Source of the DNA: an uncultured Candidatus Saccharibacteria bacterium
Lineage (GTDB): Bacteria; Patescibacteriota; WWE3; UBA101185; UBA10185
Direction of reading: 5' to 3'
Length of the DNA: 64,000 nt
Assembly (NCBI GenBank): GCA_964510435.1
Contig: CAZEBU010000001.1
Coordinates: 234,503 to 298,502, forward strand
The position numbers and the translations under genes are program-made. Shown piece by piece: positions 18,201 through 25,106 of the stretch. The stretch's first letter is position 1; each line of letters starts with the position of its first letter. A model generated the notes under the pieces. The model was not told where the DNA came from. It was given only the letters and a program-made list of their open reading frames with translations, and searched no databases.

Positions 18201-18892
18201 TAGATCTACTAAAAACCATTAGCCACCCCGAAAGGTTTGGTTCTCTGGTTGAGCCGTTGCCGGACTGGATTCCAAATTGTAATTTTTATGATCCTAATTC
18301 ATGGTGTTATGCTATTCAACCTCCTGGTCCCATCGATTTAGATAGTTTGGATGGAGGTGCATGTAATCCAAATACTACTCGGGGAGCATGTCCTTTGAAC
18401 GGTTATGTACCCGCTATTGCAGAGAGAATACTAGGTGCCGCCGGAGCTAATTCGGGGGTTGATGGCGCAGTTTTGCTGGCAGCCATATATGGAGAAGGTG
18501 GGTGGATTGGTCCTGGGGCAAGGCTTGATTGGATAGATGCCAACGTCAGAGCCTGGAGCGAACCCTGGTATGCGAGAATACCTGGATGTAACGACATGGT
18601 GCCCACAGCCCAGGGACCTTTTGGTATGATAACCCGTTGGTTTGAAGGTGCGGTAGCTAATGGAGGATACCACCCATCGAGAGTAAGTCCTACCAACGGA
18701 CAGGTTATAGTCAGTAAATGTAACTTTATAGACGCAGCTTATGCTGCGGCACAGATGCTTGGTGGAATAGGATGTAATGGTTTTAGTGCAGCTGATGTAA
18801 GACAGAGATTAGCGGTTTACAGAGGCGGTTCTCAAGCAAATCCGGCAGACGTACCCCAGTTTTTAGTAGACACCGCTATGAACTGCCGCTAA
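15260..18892 (+). CDS. Giant secreted Cys-rich protein with Asp-rich calcium-binding-like repeats (DxDxDGxxD) and a possible C-terminal lysozyme/lytic-transglycosylase-like domain
   Basis: Signal peptide (..NNVFA|QEE). Very many Cys residues. DPDRDGDGAIDGDDGNPLNDPDE resembles thrombospondin-type-3 Ca-binding repeats. The C-terminal region (AIYGEGGW...GPFGMITRWF) is weakly reminiscent of SLT-type motifs. Confidence 0.5.
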   Translation: MICAVMKSSRFTKIFTILLVLLGVSLFNNVFAQEECDEDGFIVNSYCPCPPDPGIASVCGFVSDANITQDLPDTGIERAIWSTRKPVPGVTVTIYENNPDIPTGKPYGKLDRKFGACYTTEEEGKYHCLMRRLNPGNMAYVIFSCDGKIADMKIIPTVKSYIGLDSDIDCSGEYSYNALDDELDFAERSNFLGCLSTSDEEENVNAGFEEPEYIYKSADIGEKGGDIRFNPFTGVLPIVGVHNGAFWEKDCLFEFTGPLDLNREYALFGGFFGLANYGSVSEKCNLDPDRDGDGAIDGDDGNPLNDPDELTVPFRYDIPTLQLEHEQQRIWETRTSMQREIQDPRAFQQYNHLMFGECVGRAFLRYFGDDDEDLPISCSELAECNEALGDPFRNTHTALSLGSRLELQVTWEDILDANERDPEDIVCEDEELGEIMISEVQPPFPDNPCEPGSPGCPYKLSRDYYMPQFFVEVGGVKKPKTAETANDAYGSIPRSLVWEPISTEAETPHESGHYVNYEDKSSQRTNSGRTAIRLASKSNADLGDVMTNRFVSYIDAVDETYDYNSESTIWDAGGDVKSLCTISSVNDLLIIPDLATETTTLVSNEFVGDETDHKEDETAASSTYGTNWGMARDEAMSNDYFWRDVLDTLQRYSSGGGVQLDLMTAWAIVRNIASRGAGNVYKSFAERIDNWAQVGYPSYMNTEYCIAEDTFEAAFPAYGTGGYPGGHACYPWIDVPSGENCDAWPGPPGEWPPTPEVSALGYNAGSWPGIEGELRTCRALNCEIRTKTRTCDEEICRWVWNSRAGVFVWVCSGCGDNNGDGNVDSNIDDSTRGCNDGELRACLVEQRDNWDEQPPDPPPLDPPDYDDENSSIRACDLEKAGPMQEPGDIWKDHSARIVQQPFFGQSQENVDTVSLTANYTALSLTSKVEERRESHKVSFVDYASTNDISGGGPAQAIDPDRLRHRNTAGTNSQGFGTGAAVDLLKTISHPERFGSLVEPLPDWIPNCNFYDPNSWCYAIQPPGPIDLDSLDGGACNPNTTRGACPLNGYVPAIAERILGAAGANSGVDGAVLLAAIYGEGGWIGPGARLDWIDANVRAWSEPWYARIPGCNDMVPTAQGPFGMITRWFEGAVANGGYHPSRVSPTNGQVIVSKCNFIDAAYAAAQMLGGIGCNGFSAADVRQRLAVYRGGSQANPADVPQFLVDTAMNCR

Positions 18893-18957
18893 AACACTCT
18901 CCACCTTTATCCAAACACCCCTTAGGTTGATTAGTCCCAAAGGACGCATCGAACCAA

Positions 18958-19434
18958 GTGAGATATAATAACCCCATGCTGATACAGAAAAACCGCAAGG
19001 CTCTCTTTAACCACGAGATTCTCGAGAAATTTATGGCAGGAATTGAATTAAAGGGTTTTGAGGTCAAGGCAATAAAAGAAAATAAAGCCAGTTTTGAAGG
19101 TTCGTTTGTCAACATAGTGAAGGGCGAGGCCTTTGTACAAGGTATGCATATTGGCAAGTATTCGAAACAGAGCCAGGATTACTACGAACAAGAAGCACGC
19201 CGTCCTAGACGTTTGCTCTTAAATAAGCATGAGCTGAAAAAACTAAAAAAAGAAATTTCCGAAAAAGGTAAAACAGCGGTTCCATTGGCACTGTTATTAA
19301 AACGAGGCATGATCAAATTAGAGTTTGCGGTGGTTAAAGGTAGAAAAAAGCACCAGAAAAAACAATTACTGAAAAAGAAGCAGATAGAAATGGATCTAAA
19401 GAAAGAGATCAAACAGCAGTTTGAGTTGCCGTAA
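18958..19434 (+). CDS. smpB: SsrA-binding protein SmpB (true start possibly the second ATG at 18976)
   Basis: Sequence matches the SmpB family (NRKA...GIELKGFEVKAIK...LLLNKHELKKL). A basic C-terminal tail is present. Confidence 0.85.
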   Translation: MRYNNPMLIQKNRKALFNHEILEKFMAGIELKGFEVKAIKENKASFEGSFVNIVKGEAFVQGMHIGKYSKQSQDYYEQEARRPRRLLLNKHELKKLKKEISEKGKTAVPLALLLKRGMIKLEFAVVKGRKKHQKKQLLKKKQIEMDLKKEIKQQFELP

Positions 19435-19509
19435 TAGTATTTTAAGCATATTGAAAATTCGTACGAAGTGAGTTATAATACAGACCCATAGTGTTATGGG
19501 TGTAATTAC

Positions 19510-19902
19510 GGGGATGCGTAGGCATTGATTGGAAGAAGTAATTACGAGAGCAAGCCGAAGTGATAGATTTTCGTAAAAAACTATCAAAACATAAGTGCTG
19601 ATGAATACGCATATCAGCCAGCATACGCTTACGCTTAAGTGTATGTGTCAGAACCCTTTGGGTATATCCCAAATCGTTTTGAGGTCCTGTGCTCACTAGC
19701 CTGAGGGGAGTGCAAGGGCGTTATAAAATCAGGCACCGCAGCTTAAGCCTGACCAGTTTAGGTTGTTTGCGAAAGGAAGGTCTAGGGAAAGGTTAAGGGT
19801 TTGCGGTTGCCCGACTTTTACCGAATAAATTTCCGCTAAGCTTGTATTCTTTTGTATTTTATAGCTTTCAAGACGGGGGTTCGAATCCCCCCATCTCCAC
19901 CA
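19510..19902 (+). ncRNA. ssrA: tmRNA (ssrA), one-piece form
   Basis: 5' GGGGAUG pairs with the 3' acceptor strand CAUCUCC, with one G-U pair. The 3' end has the tRNA-like T-arm GGGGGTTCGAATCCCCC followed by A and CCA. It lies immediately downstream of smpB. An in-frame tag-like ORF ends at TAA 19636..19638 (…ADEYAYQPAYAYA*). The 5' boundary is approximate. Confidence 0.65.
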
Positions 19903-19904
19903 GA

Positions 19905-19940
19905 AAAAAGCAAATGTGTTTAATGTACGTTTGCTTTTTT
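19905..19940. terminator. Weak A/U-rich hairpin between tmRNA 3' end and the convergent membrane-protein gene; possible bidirectional terminator
   Basis: Stem AAAAAGCAAA / TTTGCTTTTT with a 15-nt loop, flanked by T runs on both strands. The stem has low GC. Confidence 0.25.
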
Positions 19941-21134
19941 TACAGCTAGTTTCAAGATCCAAAACGCTAAAATAAGATAAACGAGGGTAGTTCCGAACTG
20001 AAGGTACAAAAATCCCGACCAGGACAACAAAAACATCAAAATCAGGAAGCTGTAGAGCCTTCTATTATCGGATTTTCTGTAGAAATCACTGCTAACTAAG
20101 TACAAGGGCAAAAGAAAAACTACTATGTCAACCGGCATAGTGTGCAGGTTGATCAAAGGGGTGAAAAAAACTATGGCTGCAAAGGCCAAGTCTTTATTAA
20201 TGTATTCGTTTTTCTTAGCAAGCGTAAGTAAAACTGCTCCATAAAGAAGTAAGTTTACTATAACTGTTGTAACCTTAAGATAAGTACTGTTGCTTATTAA
20301 TAACGATAAGGACGAGCTGAGGTTATAGTTGAGTAATACGTTAGTTCCGTAACTTACCGACTCGCTGAGAAAGAGAAACTTTGGGTAGGTAGTTAAAAAC
20401 CCAATTCCATATAAACCAATATTTAACACCACCAGAACCGCCAGCGAAGAAACTATTCCAATCAACAAGCTCTTCACTTTCTTATCCTTCGAAAAAAGAA
20501 CCACCAACATAGGAATAATGATAAGGAACTGAGGTTTTAAAAGTACGAACCCTACAACTAAACCTGCTAACAGCATTCGTCTATTTTTAATAAAATAATA
20601 TGTTAAGGAAATGATCAACAGGATCAATAGAGAGATTTGGCCTGCGCTGACGTTACTCCAAATAGGTATATACCAGGGAAGTGCTAACAGGAGGTAAAAC
20701 CAGATTTTTTTATCGACAGTTACCATTTTGTAGTATACTGCCAGAATTAAGACGACCAGAATTATATTAACAAGAGCCAAAGGGTAAAAAGCTTCCGTGT
20801 AACTCATTTCGGCTAACGGACGCACTAGGAGCCCCGTTATGGGCGGCGCTCTGAAGGCTAGTATTCCCTTCATTTTTTCTAACCCGGCAAGCTCACTCTG
20901 AGTTTCTACTTGGGCATCCCAATCGTAGAGTTTTTTTATGCCCTCATCTTTTATTATCTTGGCACCCGTATAGTACATGAGAAAATCCGGAGGGTTATTA
21001 TCTTCGATCCAGTTCCTTCCTACTCGCACCTTTATCTTATTTGTCATGGATTCCAAAAGGAAAAGTGAAGCAAATATTAAAAATGCCGTAAGGAGGAGAG
21101 TTTTTATTTTTCTAGTACTTGGAGCATTAATCAT
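19920..21134 (-). CDS. Polytopic integral membrane protein, possible GT-C-type glycosyltransferase (DUF2029-like)
   Basis: 404 aa with at least ten predicted TM helices. No soluble catalytic domain was recognised. Confidence 0.4.
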   Translation of the reverse strand: MINAPSTRKIKTLLLTAFLIFASLFLLESMTNKIKVRVGRNWIEDNNPPDFLMYYTGAKIIKDEGIKKLYDWDAQVETQSELAGLEKMKGILAFRAPPITGLLVRPLAEMSYTEAFYPLALVNIILVVLILAVYYKMVTVDKKIWFYLLLALPWYIPIWSNVSAGQISLLILLIISLTYYFIKNRRMLLAGLVVGFVLLKPQFLIIIPMLVVLFSKDKKVKSLLIGIVSSLAVLVVLNIGLYGIGFLTTYPKFLFLSESVSYGTNVLLNYNLSSSLSLLISNSTYLKVTTVIVNLLLYGAVLLTLAKKNEYINKDLAFAAIVFFTPLINLHTMPVDIVVFLLPLYLVSSDFYRKSDNRRLYSFLILMFLLSWSGFLYLQFGTTLVYLILAFWILKLAVKKANVH

Positions 21135-21315
21135 TTAGGTGTTTTCATTATCGCATTTGTGTTTGGGGAAATTAAGTCCGGTTTGACTAGAATCTAGGTA
21201 TTAGTAAGGAGGTGAGTTTAACTATATTATAATATAGGTCTACACACCGGTATACTAGAGGTTTGTATACTAGTTAAGGCCGCAGCCCAAGTAGATAAAT
21301 AATTGTGGATAACCT

Positions 21316-21993
21316 ATGGAAAACCTAGTAAACACATTTTTTCCGGCAAAATGCTTTAACTGCGGGGAAAATTACGGAGATATTTGTCGTGCATGCCTAA
21401 ACGAGTGCTTAATTGCCAGAAATTTCTATTGTATAGTCTGTGACAAACCTGTGGTAAAGGGTAAAACTCATGTAAAGTGTGAAGGCAACTTTACCCCAAG
21501 AAGTATCTTTAGTGCCTTTGAGTACTCAGGCATAGTGAGAAAATGCATAAAAACAGCAAAATATCGATCCAAAACCTTTGCGCCACTAAAGAAATTAGCT
21601 CTAGAGGCCGCTAAAATGGCTTCTACCTGCAATTTACAGTACCAAGGATACACAGTAACCTCCATTCCTCTCAGCCGAAAAAGAAACAAAGAGAGAGGGT
21701 TTAACCAGGCAGGATTAATTTTATCAGCCATAGCTAGGCAGTATGATCTATCCCATAGGGAGTCTATTTTAGCTAGAAAAAAGCAGACCAAAGCTCAGTA
21801 CGGCCAGGCAAGAAAAGAGAGGTTTGAGAATTTGCGAGGAGCGTTTGTTTGTAATAGAAATATTAAAGGTCAGAAAATACTCTTAGTAGATGATATTTGC
21901 ACAACGGGAGCCACTTTGCTGGAGGCGTCTAAGGTTTTACGCAGTGCAGAAGCCCAGGAAGTGCAGTGTTTTACCTTGGCTAAAAAGTTTTAG
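21316..21993 (+). CDS. comFC: ComF/ComFC-like phosphoribosyltransferase-domain protein with N-terminal zinc finger
   Basis: N-terminal CFNCG...CRAC...CIVC cysteine cluster. C-terminal PRTase motif ILLVDDICTTGATL. Confidence 0.7.
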   Translation: MENLVNTFFPAKCFNCGENYGDICRACLNECLIARNFYCIVCDKPVVKGKTHVKCEGNFTPRSIFSAFEYSGIVRKCIKTAKYRSKTFAPLKKLALEAAKMASTCNLQYQGYTVTSIPLSRKRNKERGFNQAGLILSAIARQYDLSHRESILARKKQTKAQYGQARKERFENLRGAFVCNRNIKGQKILLVDDICTTGATLLEASKVLRSAEAQEVQCFTLAKKF

Positions 21994-22063
21994 TTTTTTC
22001 CCGCAATCTCATTAATCACGTAGTGATGTATCGCACTTAGTGCGATATAATATAGCGGTAATT

Positions 22064-22150
22064 GGAGGGTTGGCAGAGTGGTAATGCAGCGGCTTGCTAA
22101 GCCGTGACCGTTAATACGGTCCGTGGGTTCGAATCCCGCACCCTCCGCCA
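22064..22150 (+). tRNA. tRNA-Ser (anticodon GCT), class II with long variable arm
   Basis: Acceptor GGAGGGT/ACCCTCC, anticodon loop CTTGCTAAG, T-arm GTGGGTTCGAATCCCGC, encoded CCA. Confidence 0.85.
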
Positions 22151-22201
22151 TGATCACAGCCAAGTGTGTTTTATTTACGAATAAGCTATACTTAACCTAA
22201 T

Positions 22202-22795
22202 ATGAAGGTAACCGACCTAACCGATTTAATAGGTGTGACAAACACAAAAAAGGATCAGCCGGTAGCGCCGGAAGAAGCGGAGTTTAGACGGGAAAACCTT
22301 GGATCTAAATCGATCTACTTATCTTGGGAAGCCAAACCTAGCGCTCCAACTGCCTCTATTGATCCCAGATTTAAAAAGACCTTCTTAGTCATTGGTGCTG
22401 TCGTGGGCTTGGTTCTTATGGTTATGGGAGAAGTGTTTTTGCTCCTGGTGATTGCCAGCTTGGTTTTTATTACCTACGTATTATCAAATAACCCTTTGGA
22501 AAGTTTTAAGTACGAATTAAGCAGTCACGGACTGAGTGTGCATGGGAATCATTACTATTGGGACGAAATGGAAAGGTTTTTCTTTACTAAGCATTTTGGT
22601 AGCGAAAATCTAGCTGTTGATCTAAAAGAAGGATTACCTGCCAGGCTTATTATTGCTTTTAACCACAACGATAAGGAAAAGATCACCGAAAGCATGAATA
22701 AGCATCTTCCTTATTTGGAGGAGGAGCCCTTGAATTTTATGGATAAAGCGTATACAGGTATTTTAGGCAAGTTTGATTTCCAAAAGAAAAAATAG
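22202..22795 (+). CDS. Hypothetical protein with a central TM hairpin
   Basis: 197 aa. Hydrophobic segment FLVIGAVVGLVLMVMGEVFLLLVIASLVFITYVL. Confidence 0.45.
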   Translation: MKVTDLTDLIGVTNTKKDQPVAPEEAEFRRENLGSKSIYLSWEAKPSAPTASIDPRFKKTFLVIGAVVGLVLMVMGEVFLLLVIASLVFITYVLSNNPLESFKYELSSHGLSVHGNHYYWDEMERFFFTKHFGSENLAVDLKEGLPARLIIAFNHNDKEKITESMNKHLPYLEEEPLNFMDKAYTGILGKFDFQKKK

Positions 22796-22814
22796 TAGTC
22801 TCCCCATATATAAT

Positions 22815-22890
22815 GCACCCGTAGTTCAGTGGATAGAACGCAGCGTTGCGGACGCTGAGGTCGGGGGTTCAAATCCCTCCGGGTGCGCCA
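22815..22890 (+). tRNA. tRNA-Arg (anticodon read as GCG)
   Basis: Cloverleaf GCACCCG-TA-GTTCAGTGGATAGAAC-G-CAGCG-TTGCGGA-CGCTG-AGGTC-GGGGGTTCAAATCCCTC-CGGGTGC-G-CCA. A GCG anticodon is unusual for bacteria; ACG is more common. Confidence 0.75.
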
Positions 22891-22912
22891 AAGTTGTTAC
22901 ACAGGCTTATTT

Positions 22913-22989
22913 GGGCCGTTAGCTCAGTCGGCTAGAGCGTCGCATTCGCATTGCGGAGGTCGGGGGTTCGATTCCCCCACGGTCCACCA
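22913..22989 (+). tRNA. tRNA-Ala (anticodon CGC)
   Basis: Acceptor GGGCCGT with the G3:U70 identity pair. Anticodon loop TTCGCAT, T-arm GGGGGTTCGATTCCCCC, encoded CCA. Confidence 0.8.
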
Positions 22990-22997
22990 AGAATTTT

Positions 22998-23089
22998 GGA
23001 GGGGTGCGAGAGTGGTTTAATCGGCTGGTCTCGAAAACCAAGCGCTTGCGAGAGCAGGCACGAGGGTTCGAATCCCTCCCCCTCCGCCA
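22998..23089 (+). tRNA. tRNA-Ser (anticodon CGA), class II
   Basis: Acceptor GGAGGGG/CCCCTCC, anticodon loop CTCGAAA, long variable arm, T-arm GAGGGTTCGAATCCCTC, encoded CCA. Confidence 0.8.
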
Positions 23090-23221
23090 TGAAAAGTAGA
23101 TATTGTCTTGAGCTAACCACCTAGCTGTAAAAACCTTTACCTTCAGAGAACCCCATAGTATAATATTACACAACATTTCAAAATAACCGAGAAGAATAAA
23201 ACAAATCAAGAAGGAGGCGAC

Positions 23222-23680
23222 ATGCCTGTGTTCCCGCAATTTATTAGAAGGAGCGAGAGACTCTACGCGATTCTCGAGGAGTTTGTCGACAGTTTCTTAG
23301 GCAGCACTGTCGAGGAGATTCAGGAGGCACTGGACTATTACGCTGGCGAAGACTTTACAGGGGAGACGCCTAAGAAACCGGTTTACATACATGCTGAGAG
23401 CGTTTCCTACGATGAGGTGGAGGGTACAGTCACTGTGTCAGTCGATGGTCAGGAGTATGCCTCAAGGGACTTGGCACATGTCAAGCTGGATCTTTTTTAC
23501 GAAGACAAGCATATCACTAGATCCAGAAAATCCAGACTGTCTCTTTGGCATCGTAAGGGGGTGGAAGACAAGTATGAAGGTGAGGTAAGCTTCTACTACT
23601 GCGACGCGCAAGATGATGCTGGAAGGTTCATGCGAATCTGGTTCTCTGAAGGCGAAGCACCTCACTCCTTGATATCCTGA
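23222..23680 (+). CDS. Hypothetical protein (higher-GC islet gene 1)
   Basis: RBS AAGGAGG at -9. Own rho-independent terminator downstream. GC content is visibly higher than in the flanking genes. Confidence 0.5.
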   Translation: MPVFPQFIRRSERLYAILEEFVDSFLGSTVEEIQEALDYYAGEDFTGETPKKPVYIHAESVSYDEVEGTVTVSVDGQEYASRDLAHVKLDLFYEDKHITRSRKSRLSLWHRKGVEDKYEGEVSFYYCDAQDDAGRFMRIWFSEGEAPHSLIS

Positions 23681-23686
23681 AACAAA

Positions 23687-23727
23687 CCCCTCATTGGTAG
23701 ATTCTATTTGCCATGAGGGGCTTTTTA
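23687..23727 (+). terminator. Rho-independent terminator
   Basis: Stem CCCCTCAT/ATGAGGGG with a 18-nt loop, followed by CTTTTTAT. Confidence 0.5.
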
Positions 23728-23799
23728 TATTTGACCAGTGTTAAATCCTATAGTACAATTACCCAATCCTACAAATACCATCAACAAGAAAAGGAGAGG

Positions 23800-24201
23800 A
23801 TGATGGGTATGCAGTATTCGCGTACGTTTTCGGAGGAAGTTCGTCAGGCTCTTGATGAGCACGATCAGTTGGAAGCCGAGAAGGAAGCCGGTTTGGTGGC
23901 CGAAACGGCAGATTTGGACAGTCTGTATGAGGAGGTTTGGTGGCAAGAGTTTGTCAACCATTTCTATTGTGAAGACATCGAAGCTCTGAGGCGATCTGAA
24001 GCACAAGAGATCGAAGAGGCTTGGGAAGATCCTATGGCCCACGGATTCTACGATGACGATTCTTGGTACTGGGATCCGGTGGATTCGGTGGATTTGGACT
24101 CAGAACAACCAACTAGGTTCTCCAGGAGCATTATGGTGCGCAATGCGAAGAGGCTTTTTGAGGCTGTCGAACGCCGCCTTCGCACTCGTTTTATACAGTG
24201 A
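23800..24201 (+). CDS. Hypothetical acidic protein (higher-GC islet gene 2); the ORF track extends to 23713 but the RBS supports a start near 23800
   Basis: RBS AAGGAGAGG precedes ATGATGGGTATG. Trp/Asp/Glu-rich sequence. Own terminator downstream. Confidence 0.5.
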   Translation: MMGMQYSRTFSEEVRQALDEHDQLEAEKEAGLVAETADLDSLYEEVWWQEFVNHFYCEDIEALRRSEAQEIEEAWEDPMAHGFYDDDSWYWDPVDSVDLDSEQPTRFSRSIMVRNAKRLFEAVERRLRTRFIQ

Positions 24202-24240
24202 GCTAATTGAGCGTTCATCGCTCTTAGCTAACTCCTCTCG

Positions 24241-24286
24241 ACCCCCGCTATTTCTGGTTAGTGCCATTAGCGGGGGTTCTTTTTTC
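24241..24286 (+). terminator. Rho-independent terminator
   Basis: Stem CCCCCGCTA/TAGCGGGGG followed by TTCTTTTTTC. Confidence 0.6.
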
Positions 24287-24342
24287 GTGTTAGAATAGCC
24301 AACAAATAAATCATCCAAAGAAAAAATAGAAAGGAAGTTGAT

Positions 24343-25002
24343 ATGACCATCACATCGGCAAGAATCGCGCTTGATTTAGGTGATGATGTACGTGTTTCAC
24401 CGCCGGATTGGCCAAACAGCCAACTTAGTGTTAAGCCCGGAGATCTTTCAATGATCGCACCAAGCGGGGAAGGCATCTATGGCTATGAGGATAAGGAGGA
24501 GAGAAATTTCCTTCTGAGCGCACCCAGATTTGAGGCTTGCGGCGGAAGTTTTTATTTTGTCAACGGTGTTTCAAAAGCTGATTTTGAGGCTCTCATGAGG
24601 GTTTTGAGAATTGAACAACGTTTTGGAAAATCAGAGAAACCCTCCAAGGATCACGCTGTATTCGTCTATGAGTCAGCAGAGCCTGGCGAAGATGGGTATC
24701 TTGCCCAGTTGAGGATAGTCTCCAGGTTTGGACTTCAATTTATGTTTGGAGCACTCGCTGAAGGTGAGTACGAAAAGTTTCCTGAGCAAAAATTAACTAT
24801 GACGGAAACTTTCTGGTTGTTCATGGAACACGAACGCAATCGCTGGGGCACCGAGTTTTGGCACGACGGCAGAGGCCTGCGCGGTCTCTTTGGAGGTGAT
24901 GGAGACTTTGCACGTGAGGAGCTATCCTTTGGCTTCATGGTGGAGAACGACTACCACCAGATCTATCGTATCTGGTCTCGTGCGTGGCTAGTCACCAAGT
25001 AA
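24343..25002 (+). CDS. Hypothetical protein (higher-GC islet gene 3)
   Basis: RBS AAAGGAAG. 219 aa with no recognisable motifs. Own terminator downstream. Confidence 0.5.
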   Translation: MTITSARIALDLGDDVRVSPPDWPNSQLSVKPGDLSMIAPSGEGIYGYEDKEERNFLLSAPRFEACGGSFYFVNGVSKADFEALMRVLRIEQRFGKSEKPSKDHAVFVYESAEPGEDGYLAQLRIVSRFGLQFMFGALAEGEYEKFPEQKLTMTETFWLFMEHERNRWGTEFWHDGRGLRGLFGGDGDFAREELSFGFMVENDYHQIYRIWSRAWLVTK

Positions 25003-25038
25003 GCTGATTGAGTGCTCATTACTTTCAGCTAAGCATCG

Positions 25039-25088
25039 CCCTCGTTACATTTAGTAATATTCATTTGTAACGGGGGTTCTTTTTTTCC
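25039..25088 (+). terminator. Rho-independent terminator
   Basis: Stem CCCTCGTTACA/TGTAACGGGGG followed by TTCTTTTTTTCC. Confidence 0.6.
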
Positions 25089-25106
25089 AAAACTGATATT
25101 ATTTAC

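Noticed and set aside
22919-23239. ORFs 22919..23239(-) and 22932..23120(-) from the six-frame track
   Set aside because: They lie entirely over the tRNA-Ala/tRNA-Ser genes on the opposite strand. They are spurious reading frames through structured RNA genes.
25003-25106. att-like direct repeat of the tRNA 3' end downstream of the GC-rich islet
   Set aside because: No copy of the tRNA-Ser(CGA) 3' segment is visible after the islet, so integrase-mediated insertion at the tRNA cannot be supported from sequence alone.
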